In this document: piece by piece, positions 1-12,540 of the stretch | Layout: each line of letters opens with the position of its first letter | Position numbering within the stretch: the stretch's first letter is position 1 | Assembly: GCA_028534125.1 (NCBI GenBank) | Contig: CM052818.1 | Span: forward strand, 22,384,001 to 22,448,000 | DNA length: 64,000 bases | Direction of reading: 5' to 3' | DNA from: Lama glama | Taxonomy: Eukaryota | Made by a program: the position numbers and the translations under genes | Notes under the pieces: generated by a model | Databases searched by the model: none | What the model was told of the DNA's origin: nothing | The model's input: the letters and a program-made list of their open reading frames with translations, nothing else

Positions 1-1205
1 TGGTGAAGACTTAGAAAAAGGGAGAGCTGGAGAGAAAGCCGGAGAGAGTAGTTGTACCATTATGAAGAGAACGCTGCTGGAATGTGGACAGTAATGCTGC
101 TTCCAGTGAGCTCTCAGGGGGAACATGGTATTGGAAGTTTGGGGAAAGGTGATCCTTGTTATAAATTAGCAAAGAACTTGGCTCAACTGTGTTCCAGTGT
201 TATGTGGAAGGCAGAACTTGTGTGTGATAACCTCAGCTATTCGTCAGAAGAACTTTCTAAGCAAAATGTTGACAATGGATACTGCCTATAGTAAAATGTG
301 AGAGGAAAGAGATAAATTGAAGGAATTGTTAAGCAAAAAGTATCCAGAATTTGAAGATTCGGAAAATGTTCAGCCTACTCATATTTCGAAAAATAAGAAA
401 GCAGCGTTCTGGAGAGAACACCAAAGGTGTGGCTGGATGATCATTCCATATAAAGATTACCCACAAATGTAATCAGCTGTCTCAGCTGAAGCCAGGGAGA
501 GAGATGGCATGATACCAGCAGAATCCCTGTCAGCTGGAACGAAAGAGAGGCGAGAAAGAGAAAACGGAGTGAAGAAAGGCTGTTGGATTTGCGGGATCTA
601 CAAGACAGGACAGCTTCAGACATGATTATCCCTCAAGAAAGGGGGAAAATGACCATGAAGATGATGGAGAGATCATCAGGGCTGCCACTCCCACCCCAGG
701 CCCAGGGGACAAGAATGCTTCCTCCTTGTTTCAGGGGGTGGGGCCAACTCCTCAGTTCCAGAGGGCCAGGATGCCATCAGGATCGAGGCTGCGCAGTAGA
801 GCTGAGTGCGCAAGGCCACTGCCCAGGGTTGTGGGGGTGATGCTCCTCCCTCAGTGGGCATGGAGGGTAGGACATTGAGCTAAAGAAGGTCATTCTGGAC
901 CCTTAAGATCAAATGGAATCTGCCTTGCTAGTTTTGGGCTGGCTTGAGACCTATTACCCCTTTCTTTTCAATTTCTCCCTTTTGGAATGGGAGTGTCTGC
1001 ACCATGCCTGCCTCACCATTGTGTTTTGGAAGTACGTAACTCATCTGGTTTCAGAGGTTCCCAGCTGGAAAAGAAATTTGCCTCAGGATGAATCATACTT
1101 CAAGTCTCACCCATACCTGATTTAAATGACATTTAGTGAGACTTTGGACTTGGAATTGATGCTGAAATTGATTAAGACTTTGGGTGCTGTTGGATTGGGG
1201 TGAAG
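1..1205 (+). mobile_element. MaLR (MLT1A-type) internal region, truncated by window start
   Basis: MaLR-internal-like motifs (GAGATAAATTGAAGGAATTGTTAAGCAAAAAG; GAAATTTGCCTCAGGATGAATCATAC...GAGACTTTGGACTT) running into an MLT1 LTR; no intact ORF. Confidence 0.7.
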
Positions 1206-1390
1206 GTACACAGAGTAAAGGCCAAGAAGGTGCATCTGCCAGCCGAAGAGACAGGTCTCACCAGAAACCAACCTGGCTGGCACCATGACCTTGGGCTTCC
1301 AGCCGCCAGAGCTATGAGAAGATCAATTTCTGTTGTTTAAGCCACTCGGTCTGTGAGATTTTATTACAGCAGCCCAAGCAGACTAATGCA
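1206..1390 (+). mobile_element. MLT1A-type LTR, 3' portion
   Basis: CTCACCAGAAACCAACCTGGCTGGCACCATGACCTTGGGCTTCCAGCC...TTTCTGTTGTTTAAGCCACTC...GCAGCCCAAGCAGACTAATGCA matches an MLT1 LTR 3' end. Confidence 0.8.
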
Positions 1391-1446
1391 ATGCCCCGTA
1401 ACAGCTGATGATGAAGGGCCATGCAGACTTGGATTTCAATTCTAGC

Positions 1447-2215
1447 ATTCGCTGATTCAATCACTTTTAAGTTCTACTATGTGTCAGGCACTGTCAGACA
1501 CTGGTTTTCAATGACAAGCAACATGGTCAAAATTCCTGGCCTCGTGGAGCTTAAAGTCATATGAGGGAGATGACCTTCATCAAAATTCCTCAAAGAGACA
1601 TAAAATAATAACAATGGTTAATGTTATAGGGGGATGTCCTCTAGTCAAAAAGGTCAGGGAAGAGTTCTTGGAGAAGCGACATCAGACCTGAGATGTGAAG
1701 AGTGATTAGAGTAAACCAGGTGGAAGAGGGAAGGACGGTGTTCCACGCAGAAGGAACAGCATGTGCAAAGGGTGCTCTCGCCAAGGAGGGAGCTGGAGGG
1801 CATTCCGGGGAAGGGAAGAAGGCCGCCCTGACTTCCTGGAATGGAGAGAGGAGGGGCAGGCGAAAGAGGCTGGATCTCTCACTGAGCTGTCCTAACCTGG
1901 GAGTTGGTGAGGCCAGATAGGCGTTGATTGGTCCACGGCTGCCATGTGGAGGAAGAGCTGTGTGGAGACTGGCGGGGAGGCTATTGCAAGAGCCCAGGAG
2001 AGATGCGCAGGAGGGTTGGACCAGAGTGGTGGCAGCAGAAGTGGAGGGAAGGGATTGGAGAGGTGGACTAGAGAGCTGTTTATTAAGGTGAAAGAGCTAA
2101 GCTTTGGTGATGAAGTATGTGTGGGAGATGAGGATGAGGGAGGGGTCAGGGATGACCCGAGGTCTCTGAGCTGAGCACCTGGGTGATGCCATTTGGTGAA
2201 GGAGAGAAGATGGGG
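1447..2215 (-). mobile_element. LINE2 3' fragment
   Basis: CTACTATGTGTCAGGCACTG...CCTGGCCTCGTGGAGCTT...GAAGGAACAGCATGTGCAAAGG...GTCAGGGATGAC are typical antisense L2 blocks. Confidence 0.75.
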
Positions 2216-3414
2216 TGGACCAAGTCAGCAGTGGGGCAGCCACTTACTCACTAGGTGAACCTGGCAGGCACGTTGAAAGCTCTGGATGCCCTGGTTCCCT
2301 GTCTAAGTGCTATTAAGTGAGATGACGCTTACAGACTCCGGTTCAGAGCAGCTGCTCCTGCATCTTGAGGCCCCCGCCTTTCCCTCTGAGGTGGCACGGG
2401 CAGATGCTACTGTTCCCATTTTAAGGATGAGGATACTGAGTCTCTAGAAGGTTGGAGTCTCACCCGAAGTCCCACATAGTTGGAACCAAGCTTCTTGAGA
2501 GGTAGTGGGAAGAGCCTGCCTTCTCTGCCAGGCTGCCTTAACATCAGCTTGCAGATCCCAAGAGCTGCAATGGTTTCACTCATCAGCTGATCAGTCATCA
2601 TCGCAGGCCTGATGTGGGGTGGGGAACAGGGGACCAAATTCAGGTGGGAAATGCCACTGGGGAAGGGGACAGAGTTGTGTTGATGTGAGGGCAGGTCTGG
2701 AGTCCTTAGATGGGAAGAAAGGTAAATACCAAATAGCCAACTTCCAAAATGTAAGGTCCTCACAAAGTTCAGTTTTTTACTCCATGAAGTCCAAGATGGG
2801 TCCTCTGATCGGCAGGCAGCCTTCCTCTGAGCGGAGGCTCAGGCACCCACGCTCCTTTCATCTTGTGGATCTGCCATCTCGTAGATCATGAGGTCATGGC
2901 AGAAAAGGAAAGAGAATTGGATGGGGCACATCAGCTTCTTAACATCTTCAGTCCAGAAGGGAGACAGATTGCTTCTGCTCATACTCCACCGGCCACCCTT
3001 GATAGCAAAGGAGCTGGAGCTGGAGTCCAGATGGGTTCCCAGGAAGAGGAGAAAATGAGTTTGGTGACCAGCTACCCCTTCCTGCTACAACAGGTCAGAG
3101 CTTCAACTTGGTTAAGAGAGTAGGGGGAAGGGTCCCCAGGATCTGCTGGAAATTTCCCAGGACAGGAGAGGTCCAGCCCTGAGGTCAACAGGTTGGAGGA
3201 GCTGGGCTTGATCCCAGTACACTAGCTGATGGCTGGCAGGGAGGGCCACTTCTGGGTACACCCTCATGGGCCAAGGCCAATGGGAAATCTATCCCAAGTT
3301 CCTTAAGAAAACAGGCTGTCAGAAGTTAGTGAGCATTGCCCCCATGTATTGCACCTACTAAAGCATTGTGACCTGTGGAGAAAGGGGCATTGCTGTGACC
3401 TTTAATTGGGTGGC

Positions 3415-3650
3415 TTCAATGCAGGGAAAGCCTCTTTGAGAAGGGACATGTAAACAAAGACGTGAAGGTGCCGATTCATGAGGACACTTGTGGAAGGGCA
3501 AAGGGAAGAGCAAGTGCAAAGGCCCTGTGGTAGGAGCAGGCCTGCCTTATTCAGGACTCCACTGCAATAATCCAGGCCAGAGACAATGGTGGTAGCAGTG
3601 TGGGGGTGAGGGGAGAAGTACTTAGATTCTGGATCAATTTGTAGGTATAT
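3415..3650 (-). mobile_element. LINE2 fragment
   Basis: GAGCAAGTGCAAAGGCCCTGTGGTAGGAGCA...ATCCAGGCCAGAGACAATGGTGG...AGATTCTGGATCAATTTG. Confidence 0.6.
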
Positions 3651-4559
3651 CTCTCCTTTCCTCACTTCCTTCCTTTCTTAGTTTTCTAGAAGGGACTAAT
3701 GAAGACACACTGAGGTGTGTCCACTTCCGTGCTGTCTTCTAGACAGTATACCCCATGAAGGCAAGAACTGGGCCTGACTCCTCTCCTGACCCTCACACCT
3801 GGCACAGGGAGGGCCCAGGGCCACTGCCTGGTAAACACGTCCGTGGAGAGAAGGCACGTCCTCCTGAGTCATCAGTTTCCTGGGGCTGAGCACAGGCCCT
3901 GCCTGTCAGCATATTGCTCACTAATCTGGAAAGCTTTTCTGTGGTCTAGACACTCCCACCCCCATTCTAAAGAGACCTTCTAAAGGAGGTCAGTGTCTGC
4001 AATCAAAGGAGATGGCGCTTGGAGTCATCAGGGAGTCACAGGGACACCTGCTGGAAAGACAACTTCACAGGCTCTGTTTTGTCCCAGATGTGCCCACCTG
4101 CCAGTTGCAGGAAGTGACAGGATGTGCCTATGGCTGTGCCCAGCAGGGACTCCCAGCCCAAACCAGACTGGCCCTGTGCTCCAGTGCAGAGTGGCGGGCT
4201 TGCAAGGCTCCCTCGTTGCTGGGCAGAGGGATCCCCAGCAGCCTCTGAGGGGCCTCTTGACCTTGGTCCCAGGATTCCCTTTACATCCTGTCCTGCAGCA
4301 CCTTCCCTGCAACACCCCTTGCCGCCCGCCCCCCGGCTCCGACTATGACAGACACTTAGCTACAACTGCTGTGTCCAGCCCAGAAGGCTCTGGTTGTGCG
4401 AGAGGGCTTCTCTGAGCCCCAAGGCCCTCAATTCAAAACGTTGCTGCAGGCTTCCAGAGTTCTCCTGATTCACATTCTGAGAGTCATGTGTTTCCTGTGC
4501 TGTCAGGCCACAAATTAACTGTCTTTTCACTTTTCCCGCAGGTTTCATCTCTCATTCGA

Positions 4560-4845
4560 TGTGGCAGGATATCATGCAATAGTGGTTACAAGCGTGTGAA
4601 CTCGGGAATCGGACAGATTTGAGTGGGCATCGTAGCTTCTACTCTTACTAACAGTTACTAACAAGCTACTAACAGTTAGTAGCTTTTATTCTTACTAACT
4701 GTTACATCAGCAAAGCCCTCTGAGCCTCAGTTTATTCATCTGTAAAATGAGGACAAGCCTAGTATCAACCTAAGAGCTTGGTTGTGAAGAATGAATTGAG
4801 GTAGAGACAAAATGCCTAGACCCACAGTGAATGCGAGTTATTATT
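4560..4845 (+). mobile_element. MIR SINE with internal rearrangement
   Basis: MIR core CTCTGAGCCTCAGTTTATTCATCTGTAAAATGAGG plus GGTTGTGAAGAATGAATTGAG. Confidence 0.75.
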
Positions 4846-7011
4846 ACCCCTAATAACAACTCCAGAGAGTTGAGGTGGGGCTCTCAGTGCAGGCTAGTGT
4901 CCCTGAGGCTCTGAGCCCTGCTCCTACTTCCGCCAGCCTGTCGGGCTAGTTCCACTTCAAGCCAGGGCGAAATGAGAACGCTCAGCATGTTTCGGGCCTT
5001 TGGGGGAGACTGAGAACAGCTGAACCCGGGAATGATGCCTCTGCAGGTGCCAGGGACCCATGGCCCCACCCTCACCCAGCGCCAGAGCGCTGCCTGCCAG
5101 ACCCTTGTCAGCGGTTACAACCTCCAACTGCCTCCCGCTGCCCCAGTTTTATCAAAAGCTCAGTTGAGAGAAATAAAGTTCATGGGGGTTATTTAAAGGC
5201 CATGCATTCCATCCATTCTTCCAGATGAGACTTATCCCTGAACCGAGTCGGGCTCTCATGAAGCCGAGAGGCTCTTGGGCCGTGTTATTCAGCCATCACA
5301 AAATCTTTATTATGTCCTTGCCTTATAGTGGGGCTTTCTGGAAAAGTGCCGGAGGAGTCCTGCTGTTGCATTTATTTTGGGATGCTGCTGTCGCTAGCAG
5401 TCACTGCCTCAGCCAGCGCGGGCTATGAGACCTGTGATCCGAGTATGTTTCAGGCTCTAGTTCCCGGGGAAGCTCTGCATCCTCAGAAGAACTGGAAGGC
5501 TTCTGATTATGGGCAATGTGACTCATGAAATTGATCCCAAGTCTCATTTCACTTGGGCTACCAGGAAGCTCAGAGCAAAATTTGGGGCTCAGCTTTAAGA
5601 TTCCTAGAGGATTATGTAAGGGAGATGATTTCTTCCCAGATGCTGATTTTTAACAGATATGATGATGATGATGATGAATGTGTATGTATCTTGTCAATTG
5701 CTTTAGTGGAATCAGAGTGGGAATTTCCATCCTGGAAAACAAGGGATGGAGAATTGGCCAGAGTGGAGGAGGAGGAGGAGGCGAGGGGAAAAGATGGTGC
5801 AAGATGGTGGCTGTGGGACACGTTCCTTTCTAGGCCACTGTGGAGGTGGTGAAGGGTCTAGCTTCCCTGAACCAGAGGGGATGAAAAGAAGATTTTCCAT
5901 GAATTTGAGAAGAGAGAACCGCAGCCATTGCTCAACTTGAACTTCTCCCTGTGGCCCCCCACCCCCTGGTTTTCTGGGTATTTTTGTGATGTTGTGAAAC
6001 TCTGAAGCTTGCAGTGTCTTTTTTCTCTTCCTCTTCACTCCCCAGCCCAGGCACTCCCACTCACCTTTTCCTTTTTCTCTCTTTGCCCCTCTACAGCTCC
6101 CCCTTACTCCCATCCCACCACCCAGGGAGGTGAGGGGGGTGGCTTGCTCAAGGTCACATAGCTAGTCAACAGCCTCACCTAGATCTCCTTGACATGATGC
6201 CAAGTATCTTGGGAGTTGGATTTGGCCTTTACTTTGGCCTAGAAATGACCAAGTTTGATGGCCAATGTCTGATAAGAGATCCCAGCTCCAGTGAGTAGAA
6301 GAGGTGGGGGTCTGAGAGAGTGTGAAGAAGGCTCTTTGCTAGCTCTGCCTAGAGGGAAGCATGGATGGGGCTCACAGACTCAGAACTGGCAAATTTCTGG
6401 CTCTGGACTTTCTATATGGGCAACCTTGCTCTCCATGCCTTACCCGGCCTGGAGATGATTGATGCAGGGCGAGCAGCGGGTACAGCGGAGGGGGCTTTGT
6501 TCCCTAAATGCCATTCACATGACTCTCTGCCCTCAGTGTTCTTCCCCTTCCTCTTGTCTTTTTCTCCTTCACTGCTTTTGGCCCTGCTTCAGTTTCCCTT
6601 CTCTATTTTCCTTTTCTCAGTCCACACAAAGCCCTCAGAGTGCTGGGCTGCCATGGGGCCGCCTGCCTCTTGTGAGGTTGGTTTCCAGTTCCTGGGCCAC
6701 AGTCCTGCAGCCATCTGCCCTGGAGGGGCACAGGGAGGCCTGGAGGGCCTGGTAGGGAGAGGGCAGGCCAACAAGCCAGCACCCAGAGGCTGGCCCTGCA
6801 CCCAGCATCCTTCAGGGGTGCGGGTGGGGGTGGGCGGTGGCGAGCCTCAGTACCTGATGGCAGTCCCAGTGCAGGCCACAGCCCCTCCCTACCCATCCGT
6901 AACAGGCCTAGCTTATCACTGAGCCAGTCCCACTGGCCTCAAGAGAAGGTGGCACCCAAATGTGGCATCTCTGGCTTAGGGCTTCATCATCAGTTTCTAG
7001 AAGCCTTTTCC

Positions 7012-7170
7012 ACAATGGTTCTAAACCCTGTATGGTCATACAGAATCACCTGGGTAACTTCCCAAATAGGCTGATGACCAGCCCGGAGCTGAGACTCTGG
7101 CTTTGTTGGTCTGGAGTGTAGGCTGGGATGGATACGGTGCCGTCTCCTCAGGTGATTCTGATCAGGCATG
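7012..7170. mobile_element. MER5-like hAT-Charlie MITE
   Basis: CAATGGTTCTAAACCCTG...AGAATCACCTGGG...CAGGTGATTCTGAT. Confidence 0.55.
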
Positions 7171-9789
7171 GGGAGTGAACCTCTCTTTTACTGAGGGTAA
7201 AGTGTCACAGAGAGAGCATGGAATGCAGTTTGGGAGGCCTGGGCCCGAGTCAGGCCACCCTCAGAGAGACATGTGTCCCTGGGCACAGCTTCTTCTGTCT
7301 CCCGTCCCTGGGCAGGAGCATCCTAAGGAGAAATGACCAATTCATGGAATTTTAGACTTAGAAGAAGCCTGGAAAATCAACTGATCCATCCCTTTGTTCT
7401 ACAGACCTGGGGGGAGTAAGTGGAGTGCCAGGGTCCCAGAGGGCTTGGGCAGGGTGGGGAAACCAACCCGGCCTTTTGGGGGGTGTCCTTCCCCTGACTA
7501 CACTCAGCCCGGCTCCTCTTGGGGAGTTTTCTCTAGGTTAGATTGCTGGGGAGACTGTCTCTGGGAGCAGTCCTGGAGAGGGTCTCTTCTCTGTTTCCTG
7601 GAGGAGGAGACTGGCCTCCAGAGCCGGGGGGTGGGGGAGCAATGGCTGGAACCAGCGGGCTTTGCTCTCGGCCAAACTTCGCAAGAGAACTTGCAGAGCT
7701 GCTGACTTTTTGCAGCTGCTTGACGGGGCCTGTGGATTGAAAGGGGAAGTTTGGCTGCATTTAGAAAGTCGTCCGCAAAGAGGAATGGCGGGGGCAGGGG
7801 TGAGGAGGGTGGCCGGGTTGCGGAACGGGAGGAGGAAGGTGGGCGACCTGGGAGAGATGCCAGCAGGGGCCTGAGGACAAGGGTTTGATTTGGGCCCACG
7901 GGTTGTCACTTTGGAAGCTCTTGAGGTTGGGTGGTGGGGCTGGGGGAAAGTGCAGGGGAGGGGAAAAGAAAAGAAAGGGAGATGGGGGAGGGCAGGAGTC
8001 CCCAGCCAGAAAGCCTGGCTTTTTCTTGGATTGGAAGCAAGCATGGAGGGTGTGGGGAGCATGCCCAGTTGTGTCCCAAAGGGCAAGCCAGTAGTTTCCT
8101 CTAAGGGGCACAGGGAGGTGGTGAGAGGTGCTGAGAGAGAGAGAAGCTTGTCAAGAGGGTGCAGCCCACAGGAGGGGGATGTTAAAGGAGGAACTTCTCC
8201 ACCCCCAAGGTGTGCAGAGATTTCTCTGGGCAGCCTGAAATGTCCCATCCTTTAAGGCTGGAAAGGCATCCAACTCCTCCCTGGGCCTCCAAGGTAGCAG
8301 CAGGAAGAGTACAGCACAAGGCTCCGGAGGCTGGGAAGCTTCCCGAGGGCCCCACGCCTCACTTTCCAGTTCTTGCTGCCAAATGAGAGCGGCAGTCCCA
8401 CAGCCCTATAACAGGTGCCCTGGCCCCAGTGACCCGGGAGAACAGTGGAGCTCCTGATGGCCATGTGGTCACACTCCCCCCGTCCCTGCCAAGCCCACGG
8501 CCCTCCCATAGTTTCTGGCACCTGCAGGGGCCTGCACTCTGCTGCCCACCAGCAGAGACTTGTCTTGTCCGTGCCTGTGTATGTGGGGGCGGAGTGAGAG
8601 GGTGGATGTGGAGAGGCCAGGACTTCAACCCGGAGCTCTCTCACAGAAGATCCTGTCCCCAATGGAAACATGCTGAGCGAAGCTTCTCTTCCCAAAGCGT
8701 CCCCACCCCAGGGGACAAAAAGAAGAGACTCTAAGAGGCAGAGCCCATCTGTCCTGACACACTGTGACCACAGAGACCGTGCCACCATCTATCTCAGGGA
8801 CATGGCAGCATCAGCAGCCAGAGGGACCCACCCTGAGGATGAGAGAGGGGAGGCCTGCACTGGGTCTGCCTGTGGCGGGACATCTGAGGTCAGAAGTACA
8901 CCTCTCAAAGAGCCTGGCAAAGAAGGCCACTCGACTCAACTTAGTTCAACTCCACCCCTCTGTTATTCAATGAGTCTTTACTGACAACCACCCATGTGCC
9001 AACCGCTGTGCTAAGTGCTAAGGGGATGTAGAAGAGAGCAAACCAGACATAGTCCCTGGTAGAGGCACTTGAGGGCTCACTATGGGCCTGTCTCCACTAT
9101 AACCATGAGGGTGGCCATGGTGCTGGCGGGAGGAGGCAAGGCCCTCACCCCTGTGGTCTCATTGGGAAGCCAAGATGAAGCAGAGAACAAGGCGCAGTTT
9201 AAATAAAAACATTATCCAATCTGTTAACCACGTGTTGAAATGAACATGACCAGGTTCAGGCTATGTGGATCTGTAAGGGCTCAGGGTGGACCCGATGGGG
9301 CAGCCCCACCGGACCTGAGTTACTTTCCAAGCTTCTTGAAAGGATCTGATTTGGTGGGCCTATTAACCTTGGGAAAAAAACCATCAGTCTTGCCATGAAT
9401 GTATTGGACTGGAAGATCTATGTAGATTCCATCTTTCTTGGTTCCTTCTTCCCATTGCCCCTTCCTCCACCTCCTTCCTCTGTCTCACTTAGAGCTAGAC
9501 ACCTTCCATGGCCAGTGATTGGATGCCAGGTTTGGTTGAATGCCTACTGTTTACAAAGCACAAAGCTAGCTGCAATAAGATTATAGAGATAAACAACAAG
9601 GGTCCTATACTTAAGGACCTTCAGACCAGCTTGGGTTCACAAATTGCTGTGATAGGAGATGGTGAAAGATGTGGGGGGTGGGTTGCAGACAACAGGAAAG
9701 TTGAGTCTCATCCCTGGTATAGGATTTGGAATATTGATTCTGCATTCTTTTGTGTGTGGGATGTGTGTGTGCGTTGCCCACTATTTGCT

Positions 9790-9960
9790 TTTTTAAAAAA
9801 ACTCAAGCTTCAGAAAAATTATAAGACTATTACAGGTAATTTCTGTAAGCCCTTTCCTAAGATTCACCAATTATTTACATTTTATGGAATTGTTGGAGAA
9901 CAAGTTAGAGACATTTTGCTCTTTTTACCTCAAAACTCTTCAGTGTGTATTTCAAAGATA
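9790..9960 (-). mobile_element. old L1M 3' UTR fragment
   Basis: CCCTTTCCTAAGATTCACCAATT...CTTCAGTGTGTATTTC resembles an L1MC/MD-type antisense 3' end. Confidence 0.45.
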
Positions 9961-10007
9961 TTGTATTATGCGGTCTGGATTTCTTCTTCTTCTTTTAAAA
10001 AAACATT

Positions 10008-10112
10008 GCTTGCTTATTTGTTTGTTTGTTTGTTTGTTTATCTAATGGAAGTACTGGGGCTTGAACCCAGGACCCCGTGCATGGGCTCTACCACTGAGCT
10101 ATTTCCCTCCCC
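10008..10112 (-). mobile_element. tRNA-Ala-derived camelid-type SINE (vic-1-like), anticodon arm partly deleted
   Basis: Reverse complement GGGGAGGGAAATAGCTCAGTGGTAGAGCCCATGCACGGGGTCCTGGGTTCAAGCCCCAGTACTTCCATTAG followed by an (AAAC)n tail; A- and B-box present. Confidence 0.85.
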
Positions 10113-11419
10113 GCTGTAGTTTGGTTTTCTTATAGTTTCACCTCTTCCTCTCACTTTCAGACAGTATTGGGTCACTCTATTCCCTAGATAAAGCTTATTT
10201 AGTGGGAGAGAGCTAGCTTGTTTTTCTGCTTGATGCCATGCTGGTGGCCTGGCTGTTGGGGGCTGCTAGGTCACAGGGTCCCCATGAGAAACTCTGTTGG
10301 CTTCAGTGGCTATGCCTGAGTTGGCTTTCTGTTGGACAGCTGATCCGTCCTTTTAGAGGCCTGGCCAGGCCTTGGCTGAACTCTCTGCTTTCTTTCTCTG
10401 CACTTTGTTCTTGAGTTTTCTGCACATTCTCCCACCCACAGATATGAATGTCGCATGATGTTGCCTCTACAGGGTCTAGCATGGTGTGGTGGAAGCAGAG
10501 CAAGCTTGCTTGGATGTCCTTTCTAGGCCTTGGAGGCCAGCCCGGGCTCCTCTGTAAATACAGGAGGCTTCCTTTCCCTGACTCTCGGGAGGAGCGAGGC
10601 TCTCTGGCATGGTCTGGCTCTGAGGCCTGTGGTCCTACTCAGTCAGGACTGGCAGTCTTAGGCTGAGGGAACATTTTCCAGGGAACAGCTGAGGGACAGA
10701 ACGTCTCCATGAGATGGGCTGGGATGGGCAGGATTTTGGAAAGGCCCCTGCTTGTTCTGGGAGGTGTTCAGGATGCTGAGGTTTTGGAAATCCATGGTGG
10801 CTGTTCATGACTGCTCCCAGCTTTGAGAGGAGGAATGAATGGGCACCCGTTTCCTTTGGTTCAGTGGCAAAGGTGAAGCTCAGGACTGCTGATCCGGGAC
10901 GATGCCCTCTCCTGGGCCTGGGGAGGGCCCTGAACTTTGAAGCAGAACACAACCTAGAGGACTGGACCCTGGAGGCAGGAGATGCTGTTCACATCCTGTG
11001 AGCCTTAGCTGGAGCTCTCCCAGCACTGACCTAGACACAAAACCAAAGTGATCTCCAGGCTACAGTCAAGGGTGCCTCTGTTGAAGCAGGTAGGAGAAAC
11101 CCCAGTGAACCCAGGAGACAGAACACGCTGGAGGCATTTAACTGGGCAACTCCATCTCCTGCAAAGAAAAGCCATGGAAGGGAGAGCTCAAGGCAGGTCT
11201 GAGCAGTCAAGAAATGCCCTGGGGAGGAGATGAAGCTTCCTTTTTGGCAGCCTCTCCCCCTGTTCTGCTCTTGCACACAACCACCCAGGGCCCATTCCAG
11301 CTCTATTCTGTCACCTTGAGCGGGTGGGTTTACCTCCTTGGGTCTGTTTCTTTCTCTGTGAAATGGGAAGGGGGGCTCTTGAGCCGTCTCCCTGGGGCAG
11401 TGAGTACTGAGAGGTAATC

Positions 11420-11590
11420 CCAGTGTGATCAGTGGACTTCAGAGGTGCTTGGCGAGCTTATGAAAATACAGATGCCTGGGTCCAAGCCCAGACTTGGGGA
11501 GCCTGATTCTCTGGGGTGAGGCCCAGGCCTGTAGAGGTTCTGTTTTGAACAAGTTCACCAGGCGGTCCTTGGAGCCAGGTGATTATGGCG
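11420..11590. mobile_element. MER5A-like MITE (preceded by a MIR fragment ~11290-11420)
   Basis: GAGCTTATGAAAATACAGATGCCTGGGTCC...GGGGTGAGGCCCAGG...TTTTGAACAAGTTCACCAGG. Confidence 0.55.
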
Positions 11591-11649
11591 TCTTCACATC
11601 CTCAGCCCTTGACTCAACTGCAGGCCCTGGGATCGATTCAGGCCTTTAT

Positions 11650-12540
11650 TCCTTGACCTATTTTCCCGGGTGTCCGGCAGGGCCGGTTACAGGTGGGGAC
11701 ACCCTGGCCTTCCCACCCACCCGCCCGGCCCCTCCCACCGGGGAGCTGAGCCACGGTCCCTGCGGCCTGAATGCACCCCCCTCCCCCGCTAAGAACCGGC
11801 CTCAATGCCCCTATTACCATCTCCATGGCACTCGCCTCCAGGGCCCCATGGAAATCACGAGGCTTTCTGAGGAGTTGTGCAGACTTCAGAAAAGACCCCG
11901 GGCCCCCTGCCCACCCCGGGCTGCCCGGCCCTCTAATCCCGCTCGGAGCGCGGACACAGAGCTCCCTCTCTCCTCGGCGGCCTGGCCGCTCATTCTCCCA
12001 CAGAGCTGACGTTTCTCTGCGGCCCAGCTGGCTGCAGTTTTTAGAAATAACAATATCCCCGGGGGGAGGAGCGGCGGGGTGAATGGGCGCCTTTGTCCGG
12101 GGCCCTGTGAAGCCCGATTAATTATGCGCTGCGGAGCGCGGGGAGCGCGGCGGCGCGGGCCCCCGGCGGCGGAAAGGCCCGGGCTGGGGAGCGCGGCCGC
12201 CGGCTCCGCGCCGCCGCACAAAGGGCCGCGAATTCGAAAAGCGCCCAATTACCCCGCATTTTGTATTTGCCCTTGTCTCGCTGACACTATGGACTGGCCC
12301 CTTCCCGGGCGGCTGCACTTTGAGGGTTTTCCAGACCTTTCTTGGTTACCAGGGGCGACTGGGTAGAGGGCTGGGGAGCCTGGGGAGAACGGGAGGCGCC
12401 AAGTGCCGGGTGGGATCGTGTGCCGTGGGCACGTCGGGCGGGGGACGAGTGTATGGGTGTCGCCCCTGGGGACGTAGGTCGCTAATGCTCTTGCCAAAGC
12501 TGGAGCTGTTCCGCATGCAGATTCCTGGGCCCCGCCCCAG
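11650..12540. promoter_or_regulatory. CpG island (candidate enhancer or promoter)
   Basis: Dense CpG and GC content (e.g. GCGCGGCGGCGCGGGCCCCGGCGGCGG, NotI site GCGGCCGC) against a CpG-depleted background; no recognisable coding exon. Confidence 0.85.

Noticed and set aside
52..1125. Retroviral gag-like coding in the MaLR interior
   Set aside because: Only short broken ORFs remain; no intact reading frame
7504..8788. Cluster of 100-236 aa ORFs on both strands
   Set aside because: G-rich composition explains the open frames; most starts are non-ATG; no protein family resemblance or exon structure
9508..10119. 203-aa ORF
   Set aside because: It runs through L2-like, L1-like, microsatellite and SINE sequence; the C-terminus MEVLGLEPRT is the antisense SINE translation also seen at 21351 and 52923
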